Of a stretch of DNA of 64,000 nucleotides, positions 22,036-31,779 are shown in pieces; position 1 is the first letter of the stretch; each line of letters starts with the position of its first letter. The notes beneath the pieces were generated by a model that searched no databases, was not told the DNA's origin, and saw only the letters and a list, made by a program, of their open reading frames with translations. This stretch comes from Verrucomicrobiota bacterium (lineage in GTDB: Bacteria; Verrucomicrobiota; Verrucomicrobiia; Opitutales; Coraliomargaritaceae): the NCBI GenBank assembly GCA_039815375.1, contig JBCBZJ010000001.1, positions 1-64,000 on the forward strand. The letters are read 5' to 3'. The translations under genes and the position numbers were made by a program.

Positions 22036-25000
22036 ATGAAAACAACACTTTTGAAACCACTTTCATTTGCACTTCTCACTGCGCTTTCTGCGGGGCATGC
22101 CTATGCGATTAAGATTACGGTTCCCGAGCAGTATGAGGAGCAAGTTGAGGCTCTGCGTGAAGCGGAGGAAGCGCAGCGCGAACGTGAGCTCAGGGCGTTT
22201 CAGGGCGAAGACTCCGCGACTGAGATGGCCACCGATGCTGAGGTTGATTCTGCGACTGACGGCGGCCTTGTGTTTTCTGTCGTCGATGAGACCGAAGAAG
22301 CTGAAGGAAGCGCACCTGCAGGCGAGGTAGATGCGGATGAATTCCTCGTTCAGTCTTTGGCCGAGGCAACTGCTACGGCTGGCAAATTCGAGAAAGAAGC
22401 GCCTGAAGGGCAGGGCTTCGTTTCCGGCCAGATCGTCGATCAGGAAACGGGGCAGTCCGTGCCCGGTGTTGCCATTTTACTCGAAGACACTGACATCGGC
22501 ACCATTACTGACAGCGAAGGTCGTTACACACTTGGGCCTGCTCCGGCTGACGACTACACGATCAGCTTCATCAAGTCCGGTTACATTGAGGCCAACGTGA
22601 CCGAATTTGCGGTCGCAGCCGGTGAAGTGACCGTTTTCCCGTTTGCGCTACCACCAAGACCGCTCGAAATGTCGGACGAGGTCTATGTGCTGCAGGACTT
22701 CACGGTAACGGCTGATGAAGCAAATCAATTGATGGCTAATCTTGAATTGCGTCAGGATTTTCTTGCGTCAATGGATCTGCTTGGTTCGGAAGATTTTAGT
22801 CGATTTGGTGCGAGTGACGCAGCAGATGCCTTGAAAAGTGTTACCGGTGTTTCGATTTCAGGTGGAAAGTTTGCTGTGGTCCGTGGGCTGGATGACCGCT
22901 TTTCGACAACTTCTCTCAATGGAATTGTGATTCCAAGTCCAGACCCGGATCGTCTTGCCGTTCCATTGGATATATTTCCATCGGGCCTCCTTCAATCGGT
23001 GGTGACCCAGAAAAGTTTTACTGCAGATCAGCCAGGTGAATCTTCTGGTGGCGCGATCAATCTTATCACCAAGTCCCATCCGGAAGAGTTTACTGCAAAA
23101 ATTTCGTTTGGAGTGGCCTCAAATGAGAATGCAACGGGCGAAAGCAACTTCTTGTTCGCTGATGAGCAGAGATTTCAGCCATCACCATTCCGGTTCGCAC
23201 CCAGAAACAAAAAGCCTGGCTTGGATACCAGCTTTTCAAGTGAAATCGGTGGTTCGTTTAATGTTGGAGATCTGGAGATTGGGCTTGTTGGTGGTGCGTC
23301 TTACAGCGAAAAGTATTCGCATGCCGAAGTTGAGCGTAATCGTCTGGAGGATGATGGCGGTGATGCTTCCGTTTCTTCTTCAAGTATACAAACCTTGAGC
23401 GGTTACGAAGAGCAGCTCTCGGGGCTATTTGGTGCAAGCCTGCGCCTAAACGATGTAACCACATTGAGCTATACAGTTCTTTATGCCGGAAAAAACGAAG
23501 CTGAGGGCGCCTTCTCTACGATTGAAACTGAATCTTCGGAGCCGGTTTTCGAAACCTCCGCTAGCACGGTCGAACGTGAGTATTGGAATCAGCAGCTTGT
23601 TCTTGATCATGAATTTAACAGCATACTTGGCTTCGAAGATGTTGGTTTGAAGCTTTCATTTGCTGACTCGACAAATACACAGGATGAACCAGATATCCGG
23701 TTTTCAGATACGCTTGAGACTGGTGATGCCCCGGATTCATTTGATTCAACGGATTTCGGGCAGCCTGTTCGTTATGAGCGCCTACTCGAGCAAGAAGACC
23801 GGATTTTTAAAATCGACGTCGAAGTTCCGTATGAATTCAGGTCGGAAGAAGCCTCTGTGAAGTTTGGATTTTCGAATGAGGATACTTCCCGGGAAGTTTC
23901 TCAGCGAGAGTTTCTTGGGGCTCAATTTGATGATGCAACACTCGATGGAATGGGTGGATCGAATCCTGACGTCATTATAATTCCTGATGTTCTGGAGTTT
24001 CCTGGGGAGCCGCATTTCACAGAGATACCCGGGACCACTGTTATTGATGCAGGTGTTGCGGAAGGCACTCGAGAAATTCGCTCGGTCTATTTTCAGTCAA
24101 CGTTTTCGCCGATACAAAAAATCGAGGTGACAGCAGGCGTGCGCATGGAGGATAGTTTCATTGAGGCGGTTGCCGCTGAGCCGGGGCGGCTTACGAGTTT
24201 CGTATTCGAACCAGTTGTCGAGAGCTCTCCGATTGATGAGCAATCGGTATTGCCAACAGTCAACTTTACTTACGATATCGCCGAAGACCTCCAAATTCGC
24301 TTTGGCTGGTCCCAAACAGTTGCGAAGCCGTCGTTTCGCGAGTTGAATCCGAATCCTACTTTTAATCCGGCAACGGGTGATGCGGAGATCGGTAATCCCG
24401 GTACCGTCTTTCAGAATGAAGGCACTACGGATACAGTTCTGCCTTCTGATTTCAGTGGTCTCGAATTGGTTGATGTGACCAATTTTGATTTCAGAGTTGA
24501 GTGGTTCTTTACTGAAGAAGATTTGGTTTCCTTTTCGCTCTTTCACAAGAAGGTTGATGGCCCCATTGAGCGCATTCGGGTTCTCACTGGAGGAGGTTCT
24601 TCTTTTACTTTCTTTAACAATGACAACGAAGCGGAAGTTACAGGAGCTGAATTTGAGGTTCGATATTCTTTGGGCAATTTCAGCGATTTCCTCCAAAATC
24701 TATACATTGGAGGTAACTATACCTATATCGATGCGACGGTTGAACGCTCTACTTTAGAAACAGATATTTTGCCTGCTTCCGCGTCTCGCGAGCGCCAGTT
24801 GTTCAATCAACCCGAGAATATCATGAATGCTTTCGTGAATTACCGAAACGAAGGCTTGGGTCTGGATGCCACTCTTTCTGCAAACCAGGTTGGGCAGCAG
24901 CTGTCCGGTGTGACGTCTGCAGGTGACATCTTTATCGATCCTCACTTGACACTTAACTTTATCGTCAGCTGGAAAGTTACCGAGAATTTTTCCGTGAAGT

Positions 25001-25182
25001 TCTCCGCTAAGAACCTCTTGGATCCAAAGAAGGAGCGTAGCTATGATACCTTTGGTGCAATAACGGACCCCAACGAGATCGGTGATGCCGGTGGAGTTGC
25101 CGATGAGAGCACAGACTTTGACATCCGGGATAGCTATCGTAGCGGACGCTCCTTTGGTGTGTCTGCGAGTTATTCATTTTAG
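22036..25182 (+). CDS. TonB-dependent receptor with acidic N-terminal extension and carboxypeptidase-regulatory-like domain
   Basis: Signal peptide from ATG 22036, VSGQIVD..TG..VPGV, plug motifs VVRGLDDRFS/VPLDIFPSGLL, C-terminal GRSFGVSASYSF. Confidence 0.95.
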   Translation: MKTTLLKPLSFALLTALSAGHAYAIKITVPEQYEEQVEALREAEEAQRERELRAFQGEDSATEMATDAEVDSATDGGLVFSVVDETEEAEGSAPAGEVDADEFLVQSLAEATATAGKFEKEAPEGQGFVSGQIVDQETGQSVPGVAILLEDTDIGTITDSEGRYTLGPAPADDYTISFIKSGYIEANVTEFAVAAGEVTVFPFALPPRPLEMSDEVYVLQDFTVTADEANQLMANLELRQDFLASMDLLGSEDFSRFGASDAADALKSVTGVSISGGKFAVVRGLDDRFSTTSLNGIVIPSPDPDRLAVPLDIFPSGLLQSVVTQKSFTADQPGESSGGAINLITKSHPEEFTAKISFGVASNENATGESNFLFADEQRFQPSPFRFAPRNKKPGLDTSFSSEIGGSFNVGDLEIGLVGGASYSEKYSHAEVERNRLEDDGGDASVSSSSIQTLSGYEEQLSGLFGASLRLNDVTTLSYTVLYAGKNEAEGAFSTIETESSEPVFETSASTVEREYWNQQLVLDHEFNSILGFEDVGLKLSFADSTNTQDEPDIRFSDTLETGDAPDSFDSTDFGQPVRYERLLEQEDRIFKIDVEVPYEFRSEEASVKFGFSNEDTSREVSQREFLGAQFDDATLDGMGGSNPDVIIIPDVLEFPGEPHFTEIPGTTVIDAGVAEGTREIRSVYFQSTFSPIQKIEVTAGVRMEDSFIEAVAAEPGRLTSFVFEPVVESSPIDEQSVLPTVNFTYDIAEDLQIRFGWSQTVAKPSFRELNPNPTFNPATGDAEIGNPGTVFQNEGTTDTVLPSDFSGLELVDVTNFDFRVEWFFTEEDLVSFSLFHKKVDGPIERIRVLTGGGSSFTFFNNDNEAEVTGAEFEVRYSLGNFSDFLQNLYIGGNYTYIDATVERSTLETDILPASASRERQLFNQPENIMNAFVNYRNEGLGLDATLSANQVGQQLSGVTSAGDIFIDPHLTLNFIVSWKVTENFSVKFSAKNLLDPKKERSYDTFGAITDPNEIGDAGGVADESTDFDIRDSYRSGRSFGVSASYSF

Positions 25183-25195
25183 GATGCATCCGGGA

Positions 25196-25235
25196 TGTTA
25201 CGTGAACGTAACCCTGAGGTCTGAGATTCGTTACA
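25196..25235 (+). promoter_or_regulatory. Pho-box-like repeats between TBDR and secreted protein gene
   Basis: TGTTACG, CGTAACC, CGTTACA at 25196, 25207, 25229 (in 11-bp phase). Confidence 0.6.
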
Positions 25236-25295
25236 ATTGAAAGGTATCTTTGCACCGCCTTAGGGCCAAAATTCTTATCTTAGACTCAAAATTAT

Positions 25296-27065
25296 ATGAA
25301 AAAAGCATTCACACTAATTTCCCTCTGTGCTGCAACAGCATCGCTCGCGAGCGCTGCTGTCGTCCGCATCGAGGCCGGCGTCAGCCTTCCTGGTTCACCA
25401 ACCGTATCTGTTAATGGTCTGGGCAATCTCGTCATTGATGGTGACGCGACGCTCAATAGTTCAGATCAGTATATTCTCACCGAGATTACTTACGTAACAA
25501 ATGGCACCCTTACCATCCCCGCCGGCACGATTATTCGTGGCGAGCAGACTACCGGGGCGAACAACGATCCTGGCGCTCTTGTGATCACCCGCTCTGCGCA
25601 GATCGATGCTCAAGGCACTGCGGCCAATCCTGTCATTTTCACTACCGCTGCACTGGATACGAATAGCAACGGCTTGGCCGACCGAGTCGGTGGTAATGAC
25701 GCCATTACTTCGGCAGACTTTGTTGAGTTCGGCGGTGGAAATGATGAAAATGATTTCCTCGATGTTGACCCTTTGAATAGCCCGCTTGGGCCATACTTTG
25801 GTTGGGATACTGCGGATCGTTACACTTCGCCTCTTGCTGTGTTAGAGTATCGTGGCATGTGGGGTGGGTTGATCATCTGTGGCAACGCTCCAACAAGTAT
25901 CTCTGAAATTAATGGTGGGATTCTCACTGCTTCCTCCCTTGCTGACGGCGTCTCTGCTCCATCTCAGATCGATGACCCGTTTGAAGGTTTCATTGAAGGC
26001 ATTGCTCCTGGTGTATCCGGTGAACTTGGTGTTTACGGCGGTCGTAATCCTCACGACTCCTCCGGTAGTCTCCGTTTCGTTTCGATCCGTCACGGTGGTT
26101 CCGACATTGGTGATGGTAATGAGATCAACGGTCTCACAATGGGTGCAGTAGGTGCCGGAACACGTATCGAATTTGTCGAAGTCTACTGCAACGCAGACGA
26201 TGGTTTCGAATGGTTTGGTGGGACAGTTAACTGTAAGAACCTTGTAGCCGCCTACAACAATGACGATTCATTCGACATTGATGAGGGTTTCTCCGGCCTG
26301 GGGCAGTTCCTTTTCTCCCTTACGCTTGACGATAATACAAACGGCAACCACGCAGCTGAGCATGACGGTGTCGATGCTCTCTTTGAGTCAGTAGGTGTAG
26401 AAGGTCTCGATAGTGAAGGTGATAATGGGGGCGGCGTCTACCTTACCCATACCACCATCTACAACGCGACATACATTGGCGCAGGCGCACTGCAGTCAGA
26501 TGCACCGGATTCCGGTGAGAATACAGCATTCCGCATTCGTGACTCATGGGGCGGCGGTTACTTTAACTCGATCTTCACAGACTTCGGTGGCTATGCGCTC
26601 CGTTTTGACAGCGATGCTGCTTCCCGTTACGACGCTGGCGACATCTCCTTCCGTAGTAACATGTTCTACAACTTTGCCAAGGATGGTGGGGTAGAATTCG
26701 ATGCGACGCCAACTGCTCTTGAGCTCGGTCGCAATGAGACACGTGGCGAAGGTGCACTTGATAACTCGGGCACTAATGCAACAAACGCGGCTAACTTCGC
26801 GAACAACACGATCGACGTCGATCCATTCGCTTTCCGTCGCGTTGGTTTTATTGGATTCGCAGATCCTAAATTTGATATTCGCAGCGGCCTTGACCCGCGT
26901 CCAGACCCATCGGTTGGTGCAGTAACTGCCAATACCGAACCTGAGCTCGCGACGTTCTTCGAAAATGTTTCCTACAAAGGGGCTTTCGATCCTACCGCAA
27001 CGTCTCTCTGGACTGACACCTGGACAGCTGTTGGTGCGCTTGGGATCCTCGAGACTCAACTCTAA
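25296..27065 (+). CDS. secreted acidic beta-helix-like protein of a TBDR-associated family (possibly ElpS-like)
   Basis: SPI signal peptide; TLTIPAGT, GTAANPVIFT, WGGLIICGNAP, DSSGSLRFVSIRHGG, NEINGLTMGAVG.GT, DDGFEWFGGTVN, YKGAF motifs. Confidence 0.8.
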   Translation: MKKAFTLISLCAATASLASAAVVRIEAGVSLPGSPTVSVNGLGNLVIDGDATLNSSDQYILTEITYVTNGTLTIPAGTIIRGEQTTGANNDPGALVITRSAQIDAQGTAANPVIFTTAALDTNSNGLADRVGGNDAITSADFVEFGGGNDENDFLDVDPLNSPLGPYFGWDTADRYTSPLAVLEYRGMWGGLIICGNAPTSISEINGGILTASSLADGVSAPSQIDDPFEGFIEGIAPGVSGELGVYGGRNPHDSSGSLRFVSIRHGGSDIGDGNEINGLTMGAVGAGTRIEFVEVYCNADDGFEWFGGTVNCKNLVAAYNNDDSFDIDEGFSGLGQFLFSLTLDDNTNGNHAAEHDGVDALFESVGVEGLDSEGDNGGGVYLTHTTIYNATYIGAGALQSDAPDSGENTAFRIRDSWGGGYFNSIFTDFGGYALRFDSDAASRYDAGDISFRSNMFYNFAKDGGVEFDATPTALELGRNETRGEGALDNSGTNATNAANFANNTIDVDPFAFRRVGFIGFADPKFDIRSGLDPRPDPSVGAVTANTEPELATFFENVSYKGAFDPTATSLWTDTWTAVGALGILETQL

Positions 27066-27075
27066 CCTTTTTGTC

Positions 27076-27105
27076 GCCTCGCTCCGTTTTTATGCGGAGC
27101 GAGGC
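27076..27105 (+). other. strong intergenic hairpin without U-tract (mRNA stabiliser or partial terminator)
   Basis: GCCTCGCTCCGT...GCGGAGCGAGGC. Confidence 0.6.
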
Positions 27106-27123
27106 ACTATTTAAAATATCACA

Positions 27124-27858
27124 ATGAAAAATATATTGATTGCTACTGCGGTATTTTCATTAGCCGCATCTCTCGGAGCCCAGACTTTTATCGCGGGTTT
27201 TGACTTCACAAACACTTCAGGTACCGCAGACGTAGGAGTTTATGCTGCAGATGTCGCTGGCTCCCAGGCTGGTGTTTCTTTGAATGCATCCGCTTTTATT
27301 CAGAGCTCTAGTGCGGTTCCTTTTCCCAATGCAGGCGTTACCCTTGAAACCCGTCAAGTTGGTTTCGACACGGTTGGTAACGCGCCCGCCTTGTCTGACT
27401 TTGACGGCCAGAACGGTTTCAGTAGCGACCCGTTCGGTCTGTTTTTTCAAGGAGCTATCGACGGACTCTCGTTCTCAATCGACATCGACACATCAGGCTT
27501 CAATAGCATTCTTTTTGCTTACGATAGCTTTAGTGACGATAATGCAGTTCAGACTGGTGGCGAATGGTTCACTTCGTTCGATGGTGCCGGCGATGTTTCT
27601 CTAGATACTGTTCTCTTCGGTGCATCGTACACTGACGAGGTTTTCAACATTGATGTTACTGGAGTCGATTCTCTCACGCTAACATTTGCATTTGACTCAC
27701 TTGAAGCGGATACGTTCGGAACTGATGTTACTGGCCAGCGTGTGCATTTTGATAATTTTGCTATCGGTGGCACACCGGTTCCAGAGCCAAGTGCGTACAC
27801 AGCGATTCTTGGCCTCGTTGCGATTGGTTTTGTTGCGCAGCGTCGCCGGCGCAAGTAA
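27124..27858 (+). CDS. PEP-CTERM sorting domain surface protein
   Basis: Signal peptide and C-terminal VPEPSAYTAILGLVAIGFVAQRRRRK. Confidence 0.95.
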   Translation: MKNILIATAVFSLAASLGAQTFIAGFDFTNTSGTADVGVYAADVAGSQAGVSLNASAFIQSSSAVPFPNAGVTLETRQVGFDTVGNAPALSDFDGQNGFSSDPFGLFFQGAIDGLSFSIDIDTSGFNSILFAYDSFSDDNAVQTGGEWFTSFDGAGDVSLDTVLFGASYTDEVFNIDVTGVDSLTLTFAFDSLEADTFGTDVTGQRVHFDNFAIGGTPVPEPSAYTAILGLVAIGFVAQRRRRK

Positions 27859-27887
27859 GGCTTCGCTGCTCTCAAGCTTTAACCTTT

Positions 27888-27920
27888 AATGGCGCAGAGA
27901 AAACCTCTGCGCCATTTTTT
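27888..27920 (+). terminator. terminator after PEP-CTERM gene
   Basis: AATGGCGCAGAG-AAAAC-CTCTGCGCCATT followed by T-run. Confidence 0.88.
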
Positions 27921-27925
27921 AGATC

Positions 27926-28660
27926 ATGTATAAATTACTACTGTTTATCGCAGTTCTTTGCATTTCGAATTTTGTGACTTATCACCTGTCTCAAAATTCT
28001 TCCCGCAATTCGGACCATGATACTAATGGCAGCCGATCAATCGACTTCAATACTCCTGAAGAAGTCATGTTGCCGTCCATAAACAGAGTGGAGGTAGAGC
28101 ACATTGAGCAACTGCCAGTCGAAGTTGCTGCTTACCCTGAAATGAAAGATCTCTCCGGAGTGGGGCAGGTTCTGCTTGCTGTTGATGATTTCGCCCTTCG
28201 TGAACAACTGCTTCGGGTATTTACAGCCCATTGGTTCTTTGAGGATCATCGTGGTCTTGGAGAGTGGTTGAACGAGCTTCCCCCTGAAGTCGACGTCGAC
28301 TCGTCTTTGGCGATCTTTGCCAAGCTAGCATCTGAGATTGATCCTGAAGGTGCGGTCGAATGGGCGGCGAGTATCAGTGATTCCGATTTGCGGGAAAAAA
28401 TATTAGTACAATCGGCGAGGCAGTTTGAGACCTTCGATCCAATCCGATTTCAAGACTTTCTTCGGAGTGAAAGTTACTCGGCAAGTGCTGTTCGAGGCAC
28501 TCGTATTTTTCGCTCAAATCAGGAGATGGCGTCTGCTGAAAAGGAAAGATACGATATTGTTGAAGATGAGCCCGAGTCGATAGAGCGAATCCTGGCCCGG
28601 CGAACCAGGCTTCCATCGTCATCATCACGTGTGAACCGAGTAGAGCTTGCTGCCGAATAG
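27926..28660 (+). CDS. hypothetical exported alpha-helical protein
   Basis: 244-aa ORF, N-terminal hydrophobic segment, helical-repeat-like DPEGAVEWAASISDSDLRE. Confidence 0.7.
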   Translation: MYKLLLFIAVLCISNFVTYHLSQNSSRNSDHDTNGSRSIDFNTPEEVMLPSINRVEVEHIEQLPVEVAAYPEMKDLSGVGQVLLAVDDFALREQLLRVFTAHWFFEDHRGLGEWLNELPPEVDVDSSLAIFAKLASEIDPEGAVEWAASISDSDLREKILVQSARQFETFDPIRFQDFLRSESYSASAVRGTRIFRSNQEMASAEKERYDIVEDEPESIERILARRTRLPSSSSRVNRVELAAE

Positions 28661-28696
28661 TTTCCTTTGGTTCGCTCCATCGGTGAAGCGAGTCGA

Positions 28697-29455
28697 CTAT
28701 TGTTCCAGTGTGAAATATTCTTCGTAGATTCCTACACCGACTTTGATCCATTCTGTAGTTACCCTGGATATCCCCGTTTCGGGTGAATGAATTGTCATGT
28801 TTGAGGCGACATATACGCCTTCTTGACGTTCGTAATCGCTATAGGTTGTAACGGTAGTCCCTTGGTCCGGGCATTCTTGTTCGATTCGAGCCAGGCGATA
28901 GTCTTCGCTGTTTAGTCCGAATATATAGCTTGTTCTGCTATCTTCGCGGGTGGCTCGAATCCTTATCAAAGATATTCTGTCGATCATCTTGCTCTCAATT
29001 TTTTCTAGTTTCGCTCCTTGCCTCTGGGCTTTGATGAGTCGTGGGAGGACGCCCGCATCAGCGAGGAGTTCAGCGGCCGCTTTCGAGGAGAGTTCTTCTT
29101 TCCGCATTTCCTGCGCACCAGCCAGGCGTGTTGCTGTCCAGGCGGTTTTGCCGTCATGGGCTTGTATCACCTGAAGTTTTTCGTCTTCTTTTCCTGGTAT
29201 TGGCAAAGTCATCGTGGCGCGAATTTGGTTGGGGCGCTTTTTGACGATGACAATGTCGACGAGTTGTCCGTCGCGTTCGATGGTGCCATTGAGTTGAATA
29301 CTCTCTATCTGGCTCCAGTTGCGCATGCCGCCCATGGCTTCCCAGTGCTTATTCAGGATTTCCCGAAGTGCTGGATCGCCGGTGGCGTTCGCACCCGAAG
29401 TAAAAATGAAGGTGGCGAGTGAGAGTGTGACAATGATGCGACCCAACCGATACAT
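28697..29455 (-). CDS. exported LolA-like / outer-membrane lipoprotein-sorting-type protein
   Basis: Signal peptide, ILNKHWEAMGG, KKRPNQIR, HDGKTAW, TTYSDY pattern typical of LolA-fold families. Confidence 0.65.
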   Translation of the reverse strand: MYRLGRIIVTLSLATFIFTSGANATGDPALREILNKHWEAMGGMRNWSQIESIQLNGTIERDGQLVDIVIVKKRPNQIRATMTLPIPGKEDEKLQVIQAHDGKTAWTATRLAGAQEMRKEELSSKAAAELLADAGVLPRLIKAQRQGAKLEKIESKMIDRISLIRIRATREDSRTSYIFGLNSEDYRLARIEQECPDQGTTVTTYSDYERQEGVYVASNMTIHSPETGISRVTTEWIKVGVGIYEEYFTLEQ

Positions 29456-29627
29456 AGAGGAATAGTATACCTCTTAGTGGGTGTTCTGTCACGGAACAGC
29501 TTGGTGACATCGGTGAAGCTTTTGTGACGTGTGTTTCCGTTGTGTGCCAGTTGCCAAGGCTGTCTTTTGGTCGCTCATTTGAAACTTATGGATGCCGTTA
29601 AAGGAGGCGAATATCGCTCATCGAGAA

Positions 29628-29655
29628 TTCAATTTGCATCATGATGCAAATTGAA
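29628..29655. promoter_or_regulatory. 28-bp perfect palindrome, probable antitoxin operator
   Basis: TTCAATTTGCATCATGATGCAAATTGAA, 13 bp upstream of antitoxin ATG; extra TGATGCA half-site at the start codon. Confidence 0.8.
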
Positions 29656-29668
29656 CATGTTTTGATGC

Positions 29669-29908
29669 ATGAGAACGACTATTACTATTCAGGATTCTCT
29701 TTTGGAACGTGCAAAGGAGGAAGCTCTACGGAAAAAGTGTAAGCTTAGTGATGTGGTCAATGATGCCCTGAGGTATCGTTTGGCAGAGTCTTCTGGGGCG
29801 GTTGTTGAGGAGGCACCTTTGCTGACGTATGGGAGCGGTGGTTTAAGGCCCGGGGTGGATTTGGCGGACAGCGGTTCGCTTCAGGATATTATGAATGAAC
29901 CAAGATGA
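29669..29908 (+). CDS. vapB: type II TA antitoxin, RHH/CopG VapB
   Basis: MRTTITIQDSLL..AK..A......LSDVVNDALR and GGLRPGVDL motif; 4-bp overlap with toxin. Confidence 0.9.
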   Translation: MRTTITIQDSLLERAKEEALRKKCKLSDVVNDALRYRLAESSGAVVEEAPLLTYGSGGLRPGVDLADSGSLQDIMNEPR

Positions 29909-30342
29909 ATTTGTTGGATGTTAACATCCTGGTTGAAGCGCATCGAATCGACGCGCCTAAGCACGAAGCCATTGCCTCATGGTTAGCAAACGTTTTGCGT
30001 GAGCCCTCGGGAGTCGTCGTATCCGACTTAGTTTTGAGTGGATTTTTGTGCGTTGTGACGCACCCGCGTGTATTTAGGGAGCCCACTCCTCTTGATAAGG
30101 CACTTGATTTCGTTGCCGATTTCCGCACGCGCCCCTCTGTTCGCTTAGCAGTTCCAGGCTCACGGCATTGGACGATCTTTACGGATTTACTCACTCGTTA
30201 TGAGGCGAAGGGAAACCGCATCCCTGATGTGTATCACGCAGCTCTGGCGCTTGAATATGGATACTATTGGGTGAGTTTAGATCGTGGATTCAGTCGATAC
30301 TCTGAGCTGCGCTGGGTGCACCCCTTGGACTCGTTGTGCTGA
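29905..30342 (+). CDS. vapC: type II TA toxin, VapC PIN domain (mycobacterial-type subfamily)
   Basis: LLDVNILVEAHR, GFLCVVTHPRVF, GNRIPDVYHAALALE, SLDRGFSRY. Confidence 0.93.
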   Translation: MNLLDVNILVEAHRIDAPKHEAIASWLANVLREPSGVVVSDLVLSGFLCVVTHPRVFREPTPLDKALDFVADFRTRPSVRLAVPGSRHWTIFTDLLTRYEAKGNRIPDVYHAALALEYGYYWVSLDRGFSRYSELRWVHPLDSLC

Positions 30343-30384
30343 GAAGAGCCCTATGCCCCGGACTCGGAACTGCGATAGAGCTAG

Positions 30385-31752
30385 CTACCCTTGCGAACGG
30401 GCAGCTCGTTCGACCCGGTCAGTATAATCGGCGAGATTGCGGTCTGACTTGAGCTGAAGGGCGCGGCGGAGGAGCGGGACGGCTTTTTTGTATTCTCCAT
30501 TGCGGACAAGTGCCTGCCCATGGGCAACAAGTGCTTCGTGTTCGAAAGCCTCGATCTTCTCCGCTTGTTCGTAGCGGTTGGTTGCTTTAGCCATTTCGCC
30601 TGAGTCTGCATAATAATTGGCCAATTCAATGATGGCATCGCCGTTTAGTGCATCGCGCTCGATGATCTTGACCAGAAGTTCGGCCGCCCTCTCATCTTCT
30701 CCCATAGATCGGGCGATTTTTGCCTCGAGTGTAAGCAGTGTGAGGTCGTTTTTATCGGTCAGTCCGTTCCCGAGCTGCGATCGGGATTTCGCGATCATTG
30801 CCGCAGCTTGCTTGTAGTTTGCTGTGCGGGTGAGTAGTTCGGCAGCGCGGATGAGTGATTGGCTATCTTCAGCGGTAGCCATATCGGCTGCAGTGAGGTA
30901 GGCTTCCAAGGCCAAGTCCGGTGCCTCGTTATTCATGTAAATGTCTCCCAGAAGAGTAAGCGTAGTGAGGTCGGCTCTACCCATGCGGCGGACGATTTCC
31001 AGATTCTTCGCTGCAGCGAGGGAGTCATCTTTACCGAGGTAAGCATTACCCTGTAAGAGCCAATAGTCGCTGTTGTCCGGATCGTCTTTGATCAGAGTGT
31101 CAAACAGTGCAACGGCATCAGCATAGCGTTCGGTCCGGAGAAGGCATTGCGCGAGGCCGACCTTCCAGTCCTTGTTATCCGGCTGCATCAGGATGGCTTG
31201 GCGGTAGGCGGCTTCGGCAGGGTAGTAGCGCTCTTTAGTTAAGTAGCCATAGCCGAGTAGACCGTAGGCGCGACCGTCAACTTCACCGAGTTCCATAGCT
31301 TTTGAGATCGCCGTGATGGACTTAGCGTAGTCCCCCTTTTGTACCTGCACAAGGCCGAGGTTCTTGTAAGCGCGACGGAAGTCCGGGTGCTTAACCACAG
31401 CGTTGTTGTAATATTGCTCTGCCTTGGGGAGATTGCCTTCCTGAAAGTAAAGATTTGCGAGGATGAAGTCGAAGGCGGCGCTACTGTCACTTGTGATTTG
31501 CGGCTCAAGTTGTTGGATTGCGGCTTTCGGGCTGGCTTTGATCAGGTCGATTAGTCCGCGAAGGGCTTCTTTTTCTTCGTCAGAGATCGGTGGCTCATAG
31601 CCTGCAAGGAAGCCGTAGCTGCCGAGGAATTCCTTCACAAATGTTTCATCCTCCCATAGCTGGCTGGCGATGTTGGTGACTTGAACCGACTGGCCGACAA
31701 GTGACGCAGCACTGATTCCGGTAATGGCGAGGGTGGAGATGAGCTTTTTCAT
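30385..31752 (-). CDS. periplasmic TPR protein of TonB2-type system (TtpD-like)
   Basis: Signal peptide, multiple TPR repeats, last gene of the tonB operon. Confidence 0.88.
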   Translation of the reverse strand: MKKLISTLAITGISAASLVGQSVQVTNIASQLWEDETFVKEFLGSYGFLAGYEPPISDEEKEALRGLIDLIKASPKAAIQQLEPQITSDSSAAFDFILANLYFQEGNLPKAEQYYNNAVVKHPDFRRAYKNLGLVQVQKGDYAKSITAISKAMELGEVDGRAYGLLGYGYLTKERYYPAEAAYRQAILMQPDNKDWKVGLAQCLLRTERYADAVALFDTLIKDDPDNSDYWLLQGNAYLGKDDSLAAAKNLEIVRRMGRADLTTLTLLGDIYMNNEAPDLALEAYLTAADMATAEDSQSLIRAAELLTRTANYKQAAAMIAKSRSQLGNGLTDKNDLTLLTLEAKIARSMGEDERAAELLVKIIERDALNGDAIIELANYYADSGEMAKATNRYEQAEKIEAFEHEALVAHGQALVRNGEYKKAVPLLRRALQLKSDRNLADYTDRVERAARSQG

Positions 31753-31779
31753 AAGCAAATTGGGTAAGTGTTATCGAAA

